A stretch of DNA of 64,000 nt from Geosiphon pyriformis uo1 (lineage: Eukaryota > Fungi > Glomeromycota): the NCBI GenBank assembly GCA_016748015.1, contig JAAOMT010000128.1:2115538-2179537 (forward strand), given 5' to 3'. Both the position numbers and the translations under genes were made by a program. This document shows, in pieces, positions 40,518-53,981 of the stretch. The stretch's first letter is position 1; the number at the start of each line of letters is the position of its first letter. Under the pieces are notes generated by a model. That model saw only the letters and a list, made by a program, of their open reading frames with translations. It ran no database searches and had not been told where the DNA came from.

Positions 40518-42470
40518 ATGGATGTTAGAAATATAGGACCATTAAATCAAGTCTTAAACCCAGAGAAAAATAATATTCTTAAAAAGAGTAATCCTAACAC
40601 CGCATTAGATGAGACTTCGAACCTAGCAGAAACATGGAGAATAATAGTATATTGCACTCTTGCTTTAATTTCATTTTCTTACCTCACATCAACAATGATT
40701 CTTTTTTACACACGACGAAAACTAATTTCTGACATAAAATATCGACCGCTTCGACTCAACATTTTAAATATAATTGCAACGATTATTTTATGCGTAATGT
40801 TTTGTCTTCGTACCGCATTTTGGCCAGATCAGTATCCATGTTTTTTAATTCACTGGCCTGCCTATATTGGATTTTTTCTTTGGTGTACAACTTTGGTGTG
40901 CCGAATTTTATCTTTTGCTTGGGTGGCAAGATTCAATTTGGCGAAATTGAGAATGAGCAAAGTTTATTACGATAATAATTATAGTAGTACTTCTTTGGCA
41001 TTGCCTAATACTCCAAAATCCCCTCGATCTCAACAGAATAGTATGGAAAAAGGCCTTCGAAATCAAAGGGGAACTGGAGCAGCAGCGTTGTTAAATCAAT
41101 TTCGAAGACTAGAGCGTTGTGCGACTGATAAATGGCTTTCAAGAATGATTTTGTATCCTATAATGGGTTTGGCTTTTGCGCTAGCTCTGATATTGCAGTT
41201 TGTGGCTCCATCTCTTTCTATTAATCCTTTGAAAAAGACTTGTCCTTTGGGATATGAGTAAGTCTTTATTCTTTTGTCAATTTAATTAAAACAATTGATG
41301 AAATTATTAAGAATTTTAATAAATTTTTGATTCTGTAACCCTTTTTTAGGTCGTTGCCTTTGTTGGTCTTTCTCGGCATTTTTCTTACCGTAATCTGCCC
41401 AATATTAGTATTTCTTCTTTATGACATTAATGATGCATATGGTGTTAAAAACGAATTAATGGTAACCTTAATAAGCGGAGGACTTTCCTACATTGGATTT
41501 TTTATCATTGAGAAAGTCATTCCTGAAATCGGAAAATATTTTGGAAGCTACATGTTTGCCTGGGTTTCCTTCACGATTTGTCATACGCTTTCGATTACAT
41601 TCCCAGTATTGAACTCATTTGCAGGAAATAAAAAGGCTCATGTAAATTCCAAAATATCAAGAGTGAGTAGTTTCGGAAGCGCATCAGACAGCAATTCTAA
41701 AAAGTATGCTAATTTCATGGATGTTTTGGGAAATTCTGAGCAGTTTTCCAGATATAAAGGTGAGCCCTGACAATTTTATATACTTTAGATTTTTTTGGGG
41801 GAGTCTTTCCTTAAATTTCCGAAGATTCACATCAATTTCTCTCACCCCTCAATTTTTAGAATTCTCTGCCGCTTGTTTTTGTACTGAACTCATTTTATTC
41901 CTTGAAGAGTATCAGTTTTTAAAAATACGTGTGGCTCAATGTTGTGATCCTCAACTGAGCCAAAAAAAAGAAGTTGAAGTCCAAGAACCTGATCCGCTAT
42001 ATATTCAAGACATGAAGAATCATCTCCTATTTTCTGATATGGCACATATTTTTCGATCAGCTCCTATATCCCCATCTCTAATTTCAACTCCATGTACCAT
42101 TTCAATAGGTTAGTTTGATATTAAAAACTATTTTCCCTAGAAACACTAATAAAACTTTTATTTACTTCTATAATATTCAAAATTTCAAGCTGAAACAATT
42201 TCAGCAGCACGATGGATTCCTTTTCCAACACATGAACTTCAAAGTGACTACCTAATGTTTTACGGCATGTTTTTTGATCAAACCTCCGATCTAGCAATTA
42301 ACCTTCGAGGCAGCACTTTATCGACCGTTAAAGCAATGATTGATAAAGATATGTTTGAAATTACAATGTTTGAGACGGCACGGCAAGAAGTATTGGCTTT
42401 GCTATATCAAAATACCTTTGATAGATTTTTAAAGATTTATGGCGTTTCATTTGGTGAGAGAAAAGTGTGA
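40518..42470 (+). CDS. 7-transmembrane RGS-domain protein (GprK/AtRGS1-type); exons 40518-41257, 41350-41759, 41860-42108, 42190-42470
   Basis: Seven hydrophobic helices with PCFL..W and DAYGVKNEL motifs, then a split RGS box (FMDVL..EFSAACFCTELILFLEEY ... LAINL..MFETARQEVLALLYQNTFDRFL). All introns GT-AG and in frame. Confidence 0.9.
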
Positions 42471-44030
42471 GTTCAAAACAAGGGGGTGTAAGTTAATTTC
42501 TTGTTCACTGGAAACTCAGCTACTCTTTTTAAATAATATTCGAACAAAATGACCTCTCCTTACCTCTTTTCACTTTTGTAATATATAACCATATTTACAG
42601 CCCTATAATTGTGAAATTTTTGTAAAGCTTAAATGTATTTTATTAAAAGAATAACAATTTTAAATATGAATTTCGTATTTCCTCATTTCTTGAAAGTCAA
42701 TAAATAAATCTACAATATGGTTGAAACTTGAGATTTTATGAAGGTCAGATAAGACCCACTAACCGAGTTAAATCCCCCCACAGCTACCTCAATTGTACTA
42801 CCACTCTCTGAAAAATTTCGTACTATTATTCATTGTGAGAGTTCAAGTAAAAGAAACTGCGGTGATATTATGCAGGCATTTGATTTCACGGTTTCACCGT
42901 TTGAAAAATGAAAGTGATAGAGATACAAATAATTTTATAAATAGAATAAGAAAACAAATAAATTACCTCTCATCCCATTTGCAACACACAAGACTCATCA
43001 TATTCTTGACTTAACAAAAATCTGTTAGGTGCTTATTGACTGGAAAAGCTACTTTCTTGTAACTTAAAAAGTCAAGAAATATTATTGTAAAAATTAAATT
43101 AAATATTTTGTAAAGAAAAAACCAGCACTAAAATTAATAGTGATTTAATTAAATTGTAATTTTGTTAAATTAAAATAGTTTAATAATATTTTATTTTTTA
43201 AAAAATTATTTAAAATAACAAAAAAGATTTTTTATAATTATCAAAAAGATAAAATTTAAAAAATGGTTGAAAAATATGAAATGATTGATTTCAGATTTGA
43301 ACAACCAATTTTAATTTCATTTATTATTATTATTGTGAATGACCATTTTGTAAATAATTAAAACTATTTAGTTATCAATTAATAATAATTATGTGCAAAA
43401 TTAAATATATACCTAATTATTTAACCTAAACATAAAAAAGCTGATAAATCAACAAATGATTTAACAATATTTAAAAAAATAACTAATTAAACAGTTTGTA
43501 AGAATGATCAAAAATTTAATTTTGAACTAATTTTGTAATGGATAAAGTTTTAAGCTATAGATTTTTTAATGCTATTTTTAGGATAAAGTATTTTTGATAT
43601 ATTGATAAAAAACAAAAAGTTTTTATAATTTCTTTATAGTTATTAGTTCAAAGTATTATTTTCTACCCAAATTTATCCCTTTACCAAAGCATATAAGGAA
43701 TTGGATCTTTTTTCTGTAAATGAATTCTTAAAACAAATGAATATAGAATCTAGATACTTGGTTCAACATATATCAGAGCTGAAACCGACAGAATTGTACT
43801 TCATTGTCAGAAACAATATTGAGAAAAACCCGAGTTTTGCGTAGAAAGCTCAATAGCAAAACCAACAGAAAAACTGTGAAAGGTTTTTCAAGCATTGCAT
43901 GATTGGTCAGTAAAGACGGATTTAGTAGAGAATTTATGGTTTGTGTATATTTTAAAAAAACCGGAAATTAATTTGGAGTACCGTGATCAATTTTAACATC
44001 GATTGCTTCAAAATCTTTTACTCTGAACGA

Positions 44031-44540
44031 TTAATCACTTTCATCATCATCATCATCATCATCATCATTACTCTCTTCGTTGTCACACTCCTCAAAATAC
44101 CCAAAACCAGTTCCCTTTATCACCAGTTCCCTCGCCTTTCTTCTCTCTTCTTCGGCAATCTCAAAAGAAAGTTGTGCTTCTAGTTTTCTTCTTTCATGTT
44201 GCCACTGCCTAATCTCATGTCTTCTTTCTCGTTGTTTTGAATGTTCTCTCAATTCTTCACGACGTTGTAAATGACGGTGCAACCAAGTAGTTATCAAGAC
44301 ACTGTGCAAAAGATTTTCTTGCTCGCTTAAAATTTTTATCTTGTTATAAGATAGTCCATAAATTTCAAGGAAATTAATTTTTTGTTTTTGTGAAGGTTGA
44401 GATTGTTTTTGAATTTTTAAAAGTTGTTGGTATTGATGAGTTTGAATATGAGCTATTTGTATTTGCGAGTTGTTGGTTGTCGTAGCAGACGAAGAGCATG
44501 GAGCAGATGTAATTTTTTTTGTTGTCGTAAGTTTTGGCAT
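44031..44540 (-). CDS. 169-aa protein with Gln-rich start, SERTA-like motif, coiled coil and acidic tail
   Basis: Single ORF with ATG and higher GC than flanks; IYGLSYNKIK....NLLHSVLITTWL resembles the SERTA consensus (inference). Confidence 0.65.
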   Translation of the reverse strand: MPKLTTTKKITSAPCSSSATTTNNSQIQIAHIQTHQYQQLLKIQKQSQPSQKQKINFLEIYGLSYNKIKILSEQENLLHSVLITTWLHRHLQRREELREHSKQRERRHEIRQWQHERRKLEAQLSFEIAEEERRKARELVIKGTGFGYFEECDNEESNDDDDDDDDESD

Positions 44541-45641
44541 TTTAAGATATCGGGATATAAAGAAGTGAATATAAAAGAAGAAAGAACAAGCTATAGCCTT
44601 TTATCCATTTTGTTTTATATTTTACGTGGTCTTCCTTAAATACTATAGCCCCCATTGTTCTAATTTCATTTGGTTAAAATTTAAGGATTGACATGCAAGT
44701 TAGATCCCTTGATTCTCCTCTTGTTTTTTAACGTGTGCAGAAAATAAATTTTTATTTATTCTGGGATTTTGGTTTCGGATTTGTTAGAAATACTTCTGGA
44801 CCTTCATCATTTGTCTATTTATTTATTTATTTGTTTAAGTTAAAGGTACTATAATATGATCTTCTTTTTAATAGACAGATGTTTCAAGAAATTTTATGGT
44901 ACAGATCCTACCGCTACAAACACTCTCACATCTTTGTATTATATTAACATTTATTATGATACAATGAATTATTACTAATCACTGCAATAACATCCAAGCT
45001 TTTAAAGTTTTAATATTTTTAAATTTGCTTAACTTGAAATGTCGACTTAAAATCTTCTTTAAATAGTTGGTTGAATGTTTATTTTGAGACTGAGTATGAA
45101 GGAAAAATGAATTAATAATAATAATAATAATAATATATTTCAGCTTTAATACTGTAAAAGTTTATTTATGAAGAAATTAAAATAATATTTCAGAGTCAAA
45201 AAGTAATATTTGAATATCTATTAATTCAACAAATCTTTTAATAGATAATTTTGGAAGGTAAGAAATTGGCTCAAAGTTTTTTTCGTGATCAAAAAATTAT
45301 TATTTTGAAAATAATAAATGATATCAAGAGTCAATTAAAACGTGGCTTTAAAGCATAACCCCCTGAAAAATCTCATTTTTCAAATCTTTATTAATTGACA
45401 AATCAAATTTTTAGTGAAATAAAACGATATAACATATAAGAATCGATTTACTAAAATTCTAGCTAAATTTTAAAAAGCGATAATCCTTGTTTACTACAGA
45501 TCCAATAAGCGAGCCCAATAAATTTAATAAACATTCGTTTATCGAAGAATGTTTGTAAAAATATTCTAAAAGTGTTTCTCGTATGAATTTCTTTTAAAAT
45601 AAGTTTATGAACATTTAAAAATATCAAAATGTAGATAGAGT

Positions 45642-46929
45642 TCATTGAAGATCTTTCATCCGCGAGAGCCAATATGGCTTCGACACACGATAATAGGTCA
45701 CTTCTTCAATTGGTACTCTTAATGAAAGCTTGGGAATTTTATCCAAAATAAATTAGTTCAAATAAGTGACTACAAATAAATACCCAAAAACAGCCGCGGA
45801 ATCAACCAACTGATAGATAATTTGTTTTCAATTTCCATCTAACGAACCATCATCAATTTGACTAACGTTGTCCATACTTGGGATTCTTTCCAGGCAAATA
45901 TCCCGGTGAGCAAGTTTCCCACTGATTCACAAACACAGGAACTGCGAAAAATTTGATATCTCATCATGATTGAATTTGGTTTTCATTTTTACCGCTAAAT
46001 TGCAGAAACGGAACCCAAGAACCCAAATGCAAGAGCCGCAGGCATTCCAACATAATCAGAACCAGGAGGGATAGCAACAAGGCCTGCAACCGCACCCGAA
46101 CAGAACCCTATGACAGACAACTTTTTTTTCTAAACGATGATCTAATGCCATCCATGTAAGACTACCGACTGAAGCTGCAATATTTGTAACCATTCAAGCC
46201 AACACAGCCCAAAGATTTCTGGCTAGGACAGACTCACCATTAAATCCAAACCATAAAAATGTGGTAACAAGAACAACATTGGCAACATTTTGCGGGTTGA
46301 AATCTTTTGTGCCATGGCCTTCTCAATTTCCAAGGATAATGCAATAAGCTAGAGCCGCAACTCCAGAAAAAATATGTACTGGAGCAACCTGCAAAATTGA
46401 GGCGTACTTTTGCCGACCAACCAACTCCAACATGTGATCACATTGTAGACTAATGTTTACTAGATAAAAATAAAAATCATTATTGGGATAATTTGTCCTC
46501 GTTCTGCTGCTGAAATAATTGCTAAAGCTGGTGTAATCGCAACAAACATTCCTTGATAAAATGTAAAGGTGAGATCTGGTATTTTATCGCTAGCGACGGA
46601 AGAATGTTGTGCCAAATTACGAAAGAATACGTGATTAAAATTGCCAATGAATTTTGTCACCTGTTTTGCTAAATGTCAGACTATATCCCCAAAGCCATCA
46701 CTTTCAAAGAAAATTAATAAATTAATTGGTGAAAAATTTTAGTAAACTTTATGTGTATATAAATTTTTACCTGAAATGAAACCACAGCAATCGATAAAAT
46801 GCATAATATGATCAAGGACAAGGCATTTTTTGACGTGCCATACCGCTATAAAAATATCCAACTCCAGGAATAATAATGCCGTAGAAATGAGTAGAAAAGT
46901 AACATTCCTGAAGGATAAATATTAGCCAT
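45642..46929 (-). pseudogene. AMT: ammonium transporter (AMT/MEP) pseudogene
   Basis: Fragments IPGVGYFYSGMAR, KNALSLI..IAVVSFQ| (same intron position as the intact copy), YQGMFVAITPALAI..AAERG, PVHIFSGVAALAY, LWFGFNG, TNIAASVGSLTWM, GFCSGAVAGLVAIPPG; many frameshifts and deletions. Confidence 0.92.
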
Positions 46930-47468
46930 TTCATGAGAAAGAAATCTTTCTTGGAATTTTCAGTGAAAACATTTTAACCCATATTATACATATGGTATTA
47001 CGTAAAAATTACATCTCTAATCAAATGCCGTACGTGAAAAATACTCGCTCCGAGTATGTGAGAATGCTAAATTCCATTTATTAAAAACTCGTTTTAATCA
47101 AAATCTAACTACTGTTAGTTTAACTTATTGTTTTAGATATTGAAAATTTTTAAATTCCCGACTGATTATCTTGATTTTATTAGATCACATGAAGAAGTAT
47201 TGTACGGAAGATTATTTCACCTTTTCAATATATGGATGAACTATTCACCCAATTTCCTTTGGATAACATTAGAACTTTTAACTTGGGAGGCGGGAGAAAT
47301 TAAAAAAACAATCGCAATTTTCAAGTGCTAAATTTAGAAATTATGCCTATTTAGTGATCAATCATAATATAAATTACAAAAATGATCCCACAATTTTCTA
47401 ATTGAGAGATCTGCCAATAAAATTAATATAAATTAGATGTGTTGCCCCTCCCCCCAAAGTTTTTCTTC

Positions 47469-47634
47469 ATACTTACCTGCCTGGGTTCGGCCACGATCAA
47501 TAAGGTGGTTGGACAAGTGATGGTTGCTGGCATTGCACAGCGCTGGCGGCCGTTGCTTCGAACGACCTACGGGTTGTCTCGACAGGATAATTTTTGTGTG
47601 TTGGGGTCTTCCGTGGTTCGCCGCGGTGACTCCT
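47469..47634 (+). ncRNA. U1: U1 spliceosomal snRNA
   Basis: 5' ATACTTACCTG; SL1 loop GATCAATAAG (U1-70K site); SL2 loop ATTGCAC (U1A site); helix CCTG/CAGG; Sm site ATAATTTTTG 47587-47596; terminal hairpin with TTCG loop; ~166 nt. Confidence 0.96.
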
Positions 47635-49779
47635 TGCAAATCTCAATTCACAGTGGGGTGTGGGAAAAGGTTAGATAAGAAACTATAATATTTCTATGGA
47701 AATGTGCGAATAGCAAAAGATTGATCTTAAATATAAAACAATACATGGTTCTTTCGTTTTGCTATTTCATATGTTCGTCAAAAGTTTCATATCAATTAAA
47801 ACAATGTAAACCTAGCATCAAAAACAAACAAGTATTCTCCTCCATGCTTATTCAGAATATATGTTTTTTTCCAGTTATAATTAAGATGACATTTGGCCAT
47901 TGAAAAGTTCAGCATTTGGCACAGTAATTGGTAGATTTTTTGAATTTTAAATTTCTACCAATTGTGCGATACTCTCAGTTATTCATAGTTAGTGGATAGG
48001 TCTCTCTATATCTAGTTTGCAAATACCAGAATTTTTACATATTGGCCTACTTTTCTCGATACATGTGCCATAATCTTTTTGCGACCACCATTACTGCCTT
48101 TGTGGATAATTGTCCTTGTTTTTTCACAGTTTAGATAGATAGATTAGTGGGTTTACTTAATTTCGAACGTTCACCATCATCCAGAAATATAATAGCTATT
48201 GCTTGTTGCGTTTCTTGACACACGGTATATAAATTTGAAGGCTAATTAAAACAACATTACTTTCAATCGTTCATTATGGGCGATACTTATCAATTCAAAT
48301 TTAAAGAAAGCATGACGCTAGTATTGTTGTAAAGCCTTAATTCTTAAAAATCGCTGTAAATCATAACAATAAAATACAACATACATTGATAGAAATTTGG
48401 CCCTCAGTTTTTGGAAAAATATTTAGTAAGGAACTATATTTGAGTTCGTATCATTATTCGTATAATATATTCAAACATGATTTGTCCAACTCAGCAAGTC
48501 AAGGAATTAAAAATCGTAACCTATAATATATTAAGATCTGCCTTTCGAACTATTAATAATTGCTTCGTATACCATTTGGCGATTAGATTAAATTTCGCAC
48601 AATCAACCAAATTGCTTAATCTGTACCCCACTTCCTTTTCGAACGTGAAAATGAGAAACACAAATTTCAATTTATTTGATTTGAAATATATTCGTTGAGG
48701 ATAATATAATGTGGTTTTCTTAAACAAATTATTAAGACTTAACGTTTTTTTATTATTGATTTTACCTTCTGGAAATTTACAAATAATCGAAGGTATATAA
48801 TGGGATAAAATGTTTTTGGAAAGCAATTAGGTCAACCTATTTAATTGATATTTTTCAAAATGCTTAAATTGGATCAATAATCAACATAAAACAATCAAAA
48901 CTATTTGTTTTAAAAATATATATTAAATCTTAAAATGGTAAATAGAATCTAAATAACAAGTTTTAAATTAAAATTGCCTAACGCATTAGTTTTTATATTT
49001 GTAAACAGGAGACGAAAATAGGTAATGATCATAGAAACGAATTGCCTGACCATTTTATAATAACTAAAAAAAAAACACTAACCTAAATAGTGGTATTGAT
49101 TGATGCATAAATTATATATTCGCTAGCATTTAAAAACTTTTTGAACCAATACCTGAACAATCCCAGATCATCATGCTTCACATTAAAGATTCTAAGTGAG
49201 CATCCGGGGTTCCCAACCTTTGAATTATAGGATATTATCATTGCTATAGGTACCCAACCATAAAAATTTCTTATCAACATTCTTTTACGTATCGTTTCCT
49301 GAAATGTACATTTTTACCAAATTAGTCTGATCCGAGTTTGTTTCATATACTTCCACGCGATAGATATATTAACCCGGCTCTTAATCTTCAAACATAATTT
49401 TTTAAAAGGTAAAATTATTATTTTATTACTGATAAATCTTAAATGAGTATCTCAATTTTCCGGATAAGTAAATTACACATTTGTGGTAAGTTTGACAGCA
49501 GAATATTATCGAAAAAAGAGAAATATCAAGTTTATAAAAAGGATTTTTCAATTCTTTTACGTTGGCGACACTTTCGACTTTAATAAACTTCTTTACCTCC
49601 CTTGATTCAATCAAAGTCTACGCCTTTTTTCCTTTTTAAATTATAATTCAGCTTGGTCTGTTTCGTTACGGCAGTAGTTTCTTTTGCTGGATTAGTCAAC
49701 ACAGATCATACTACGTAAAAACAATCTTGAATAACATTAATTTTCAAAAAAAAGCCAAAAAGTTAATAAAACAAATCTT

Positions 49780-49812
49780 AAGGGTATATATAGAGCTTTG
49801 CTGATAGGATAA
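49780..49812 (+). promoter_or_regulatory. TATA-like box and tandem GATA motifs upstream of AMT
   Basis: TATATATA near 49784 and GATAG/GATAA at 49803-49812. GATA-factor nitrogen control of fungal AMT genes is established, but such motifs are frequent by chance in AT-rich DNA. Confidence 0.3.
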
Positions 49813-49871
49813 AAAGGAAACCATTATAAACAAAAGTCACTCTAGGTTTTTTTAATCTCCTTTTGGAGAAA

Positions 49872-51400
49872 ATGACAACAAATCCTCCCCCAAACTATTT
49901 GCCGGGAGACATTGGCTATGTATTATTTTCAACAGCCTTAGTTTGGATTATGATACCTGGGATTGGGTTTTTTTATAGTGGCATGGCCCGAAGTAAGAAT
50001 GCATTATCTTTGATAATGTTATCTATGTTATCAATTGCGTTGGTTTCCTTTCAGGTATGATATCATTTCTTGGACAAAAATAAAATTTATAACCATCTTC
50101 ATAATTAATCATTTTCGGTTTTGACCTCTATTAACAGTGGTGGGCTATTGGATTCAGCCTGACTTTTAGCAAGACGGCCAATAAATATTCTGGAAACTTT
50201 AGAAATGTATTCTTTATTAATGTCAAAAATGAACCATCTATTACAAGTCATAAAATTCCAGATCTTGTATTTGCTATCTATCAATCAATGTTTGCTGCAA
50301 TTACCCCAGCATTAGTAATTGGCGCAGCAGCAGAACGTGCTCGTATTTTGCCAACAATTATTTTTATTCTTGTTTGGACAACACTTGTCTATGATACAAT
50401 TGCTTGTTGGACTTGGAATCCAAATGGTTGGGCAAATAAAATGGGGACACTTGACTTTGCAGGTGGTACCCCGGTACATATTGCCTCCGGATCTGCTGCC
50501 TTGGCTTATTCCATGATTCTTGGAAAACGACATGGATATCGCACAGACGAATTTAAGCCTCATAATGTCGCTCATGTTGTATTGGGTTGTGCATTATTGT
50601 GGTTTGGTTGGTTTGGCTTTAATGGTGGCTCAGCACTTGGAGCGAATAGTCGTGCCGCTATGGCATTTACTGTAACCAATTTAGCTGCATCAGTTGGTGG
50701 TCTTACTTGGATGTTCTTGGATTATCGACTTGAACGAAAATTTTCGGCATTAAGTTTTTGTTCAGGTGCTATTGCTGGTCTAGTAACAATCACTCCAGGA
50801 GCCGGTTTTGTCAGCGCACAATATTCGGTAGTTTTTGGGTTATTGGGGGGATTCTTATGCAATTTTGCCGCTAAGTTGAAAGATATTTTAGAATTTGACG
50901 ATGCCTTGGACGTGTTTGCAGTTCATGCTGTTGGTGGTATTGTTGGAAACTTATTGACTGGGGTATTTGCTCAAAGATCAATGGCGACGATTGATGGTGA
51001 TTTGAGCAACGATATTCGGGGTGGCTGGTTAGAAGGGAACTGGCAACAAATTGGTTATCAAGCAGCTAACTCATTTGCTGGCTTCACCTACTCATTCTGT
51101 GCTACCTACATCATTCTTATAATTATCAATCGGATCCCTGGTTTGAAGTTGCGCGTCAACAAGGAGGCAGAATATGTTGGTCTTGACGAATCCCAATGTG
51201 GGGAAGTCGCTCATCAAATGATCGAAAATTTAGTTTTTGTTGACCCAAAAAGGAATTCAGACAGTGATACTCAAGACGAACCGAAAATTTTTATGCGAGA
51301 AGAAATCCTCACACAAGTTCATCAAATTCATCCTTCTCAAAATGGTGATGCTAATAGTAATGATAGTGTGAAAATTTTTTCTGAACAATCCTTTTATTAA
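49872..51400 (+). CDS. AMT: ammonium transporter, AMT/MEP family, 481 aa; exons 49872-50054, 50138-51400
   Basis: Intact spliced ORF with PGIGFFYSG, MFAAITPAL, DFAGGTPVHIASG, WFGWFGFNGGS, DDALDVFAVHAVGG (both pore His present). Confidence 0.97.
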
Positions 51401-52621
51401 ACAGGTAAAATTTGAAAGTTTTATAATGAATGGTATAGTTTCAAATGATGGTAGTTGCCATTCCCCTAATTGTACAATAGCATATGTGCCGGGATCATAG
51501 AAAAAAATGACATAATGGGGTTTTCGTCTTATTTTTTTGATCCCTGGTACTTTTAGACCCATTTGTATTATACAAGTAACATGATATTCCATCCTAATTC
51601 GTTTATTCCCATCTCTTAATTATTTTCGTCGCAAATAAATTTAGAACTTTTGATTGACTTACTTTTTAAGTTCAACATTAAGTTTTGGAAGAGATAATCA
51701 CAAGCTTCCGAGTAATTTTCAAAAAAAACTGAACAGCTTCAAATTGCAGCCAAAGGGGATTAAACTTTCCTTCTAGCATCTCAAATTAAAGGCTGGTTTA
51801 CTTGAGAACTAATGTCTTAATTTTATTAAAGAGCGATGATCCAATTGATGCTCGATGGTTTTTTTTGGGGGAATATTGCTAAAAAGTATGGCATTTCCAG
51901 TTGTCTTGAGCCTTTTTGTTCCATATTATTTTTGAATTTGACTTATATTGGCAGTAAGCTTCAAAAAAATTAAAGCCAGTAGATTTTGAAAGATGAAATT
52001 TTTTTCAGGCCAATAGACTTTTGACCAAACAGAAAATTTTTCAAAAGGGCTTTCATCCAAGAATTTATATCTAATGAAAATCTTAATTCGAAAAGCGATT
52101 TCATCTTAAATATTTCAATTGAAGATTTTAAAAGGATTAAATAACAAATCTTGGTCATTCAATTTAACAATTCACAAATATAAAATAAATATGAATTTTT
52201 CCTGTCAAAAAAATATTCATAATAATAGATGATGTGAACCCAAGACCCTCGGTATTTTCCTCTTCCTAAGATCTTTTTAATATCTTTTATCAATGTGACC
52301 TTTAATTAAAAGGCAATATAATGGTTTATCCGAAATGAATGTGACATTTCGAAGCCTTCATTTTTTAAATTATAATTATTGCTAATTAGTTTGATATTTT
52401 CAGTTTTATAAATTTTCTCATATATCCGATTTCATTCAGGTAAAAAAGTAACTTTATGCTTATTACTTGCAAGGCACAATTACTACTTTAGATTTCTTAA
52501 GCATTACTATAAAAAATTTAAAGTGATTAAAAAATACTATATTGCTATTTCACACCGAAAGAAGAGATAACCAAAATGATAAACAAAAGCCAAGAATGCC
52601 TTAAAAGGAGACAAGAAACAT

Positions 52622-53734
52622 TTAGAGATTATTCCGGTCAATTTCGACGTATTCTCTGTTAATATCACGAGCTTGGTCGAAAGGGTTGGTCGCTACACTC
52701 GCTTTTGATGTCAAATTATGCAATTTAAAAGCGTTAATGATAATTTTAAACTTCAATTTTTTGTGACACAATTTACTAGAATATTACCGATGGTTTCGAT
52801 CAGTGGCTTTAGAATTTAAATAAAAGTGCAGGAGGCAATTTTATTTAGAGCCAAATAAATAAAGAATTTCAAGACTTAAAATCTTAATATTTACGTTATT
52901 AGGAAAACCAGGATGGGGGCTTTTGATTATAAAAGGTTTGCAATAGATTTGAAAAATCGAAAACTGTCTGTCACTTGCAAAAACAAAATCTCTTACCGGG
53001 TGGGCACTAAAGCCCTGTCCTTTTCCCATTGCCTTGCGAGTTTATTCATTTGCTCGACGCTGAGTGTTTCCTTCAATTTGGGAAGGATATTTACTTCTTC
53101 TTGACAGGCGTGCTTATTGAATTTCTGAGAAAATTTTGGAATCATGAATTAATAAAAATTGATATTTAGCTGTTCTAACTTACCCTGATGGTATTGTCCA
53201 ACTTCTCGCCATAATTGGGATCAGTAACTTTCATATTGTCTAACTGGAAAATTTCGTTCTGGATAGCAAAATGTTCTTCACGTGCCTCACCGACGATCAT
53301 TTTGCGATCAGGTATATACTTATCAACACTGCAATAAAGAACTATTTCTTCAGTTACTGAATGAACGGTCACTAAAAAAACGGAAATGGAAACATCTTAA
53401 CCTAGCTTCTAATGAAAGAAAAACAAAGTATGTATAAATATCCTTTTCAACACTCACATTCGCGAATAATAGTATTGGCGATTTTTTGACGTTGTACTGT
53501 GTTGTCTTCATCTCGAAACATGGCATAAAGTGTCTTGATAACCAAGTGGTCTTCAGTAACATTTTGAATGAGGCTTTTGGCCATACCTACTGTAATAAGC
53601 GGGAAAACACCGCGGTCAACTACCGCTTGATATGGACAGATTGTGCTTGACAAAGGGATGTTGTTGCAACTGAAGGAATGAGTTGCTAAACAGCTTTTTA
53701 TGAAGAGTAAAATAGAAGAGAGGTCTTGAAACAT
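52622..53734 (-). CDS. hemerythrin/HHE cation-binding domain protein; exons 53734(or 53584)-53458, 53371-53184, 53124-52997, 52919-52895, 52806-52788, 52701-52622
   Basis: Spliced product has EDH...RELTVHSVTEEIVLY...EEH...KHACQEEVNILPKL...VPTRPHP...FDQARD, the typical HHE ligand pattern; all introns GT-AG and in frame. Confidence 0.9.
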
Positions 53735-53981
53735 TTATGGAAAAATTTTCCTTTTTATATTAGGTTAGGAGCTTCATTTTAATCTATAAAAATAATGATA
53801 GAAGCTTTCTGTGAAATCTTGGGGGATTTAGTTCCCCGATACTTGGTTATGTGATGCATATGATCAATTCAAAAAATTTGGCAATTTCATTTGTCAGCTC
53901 AATTTAGTAATTTGAAATGAAATTAAATTAAACAAAAACACTTTCTAGAATTGACCCAAAGTTACTTTTTTACATATTATA

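Noticed and set aside
43060-43680. AT-rich block with faint hAT-transposase-like residues; similar AT-rich blocks at 55200-55960 and 62860-63230
   Set aside because: Probably hypermutated TE scraps, but too degraded to assign
47433-47678. GC-rich ORFs on both strands
   Set aside because: Explained by the U1 snRNA
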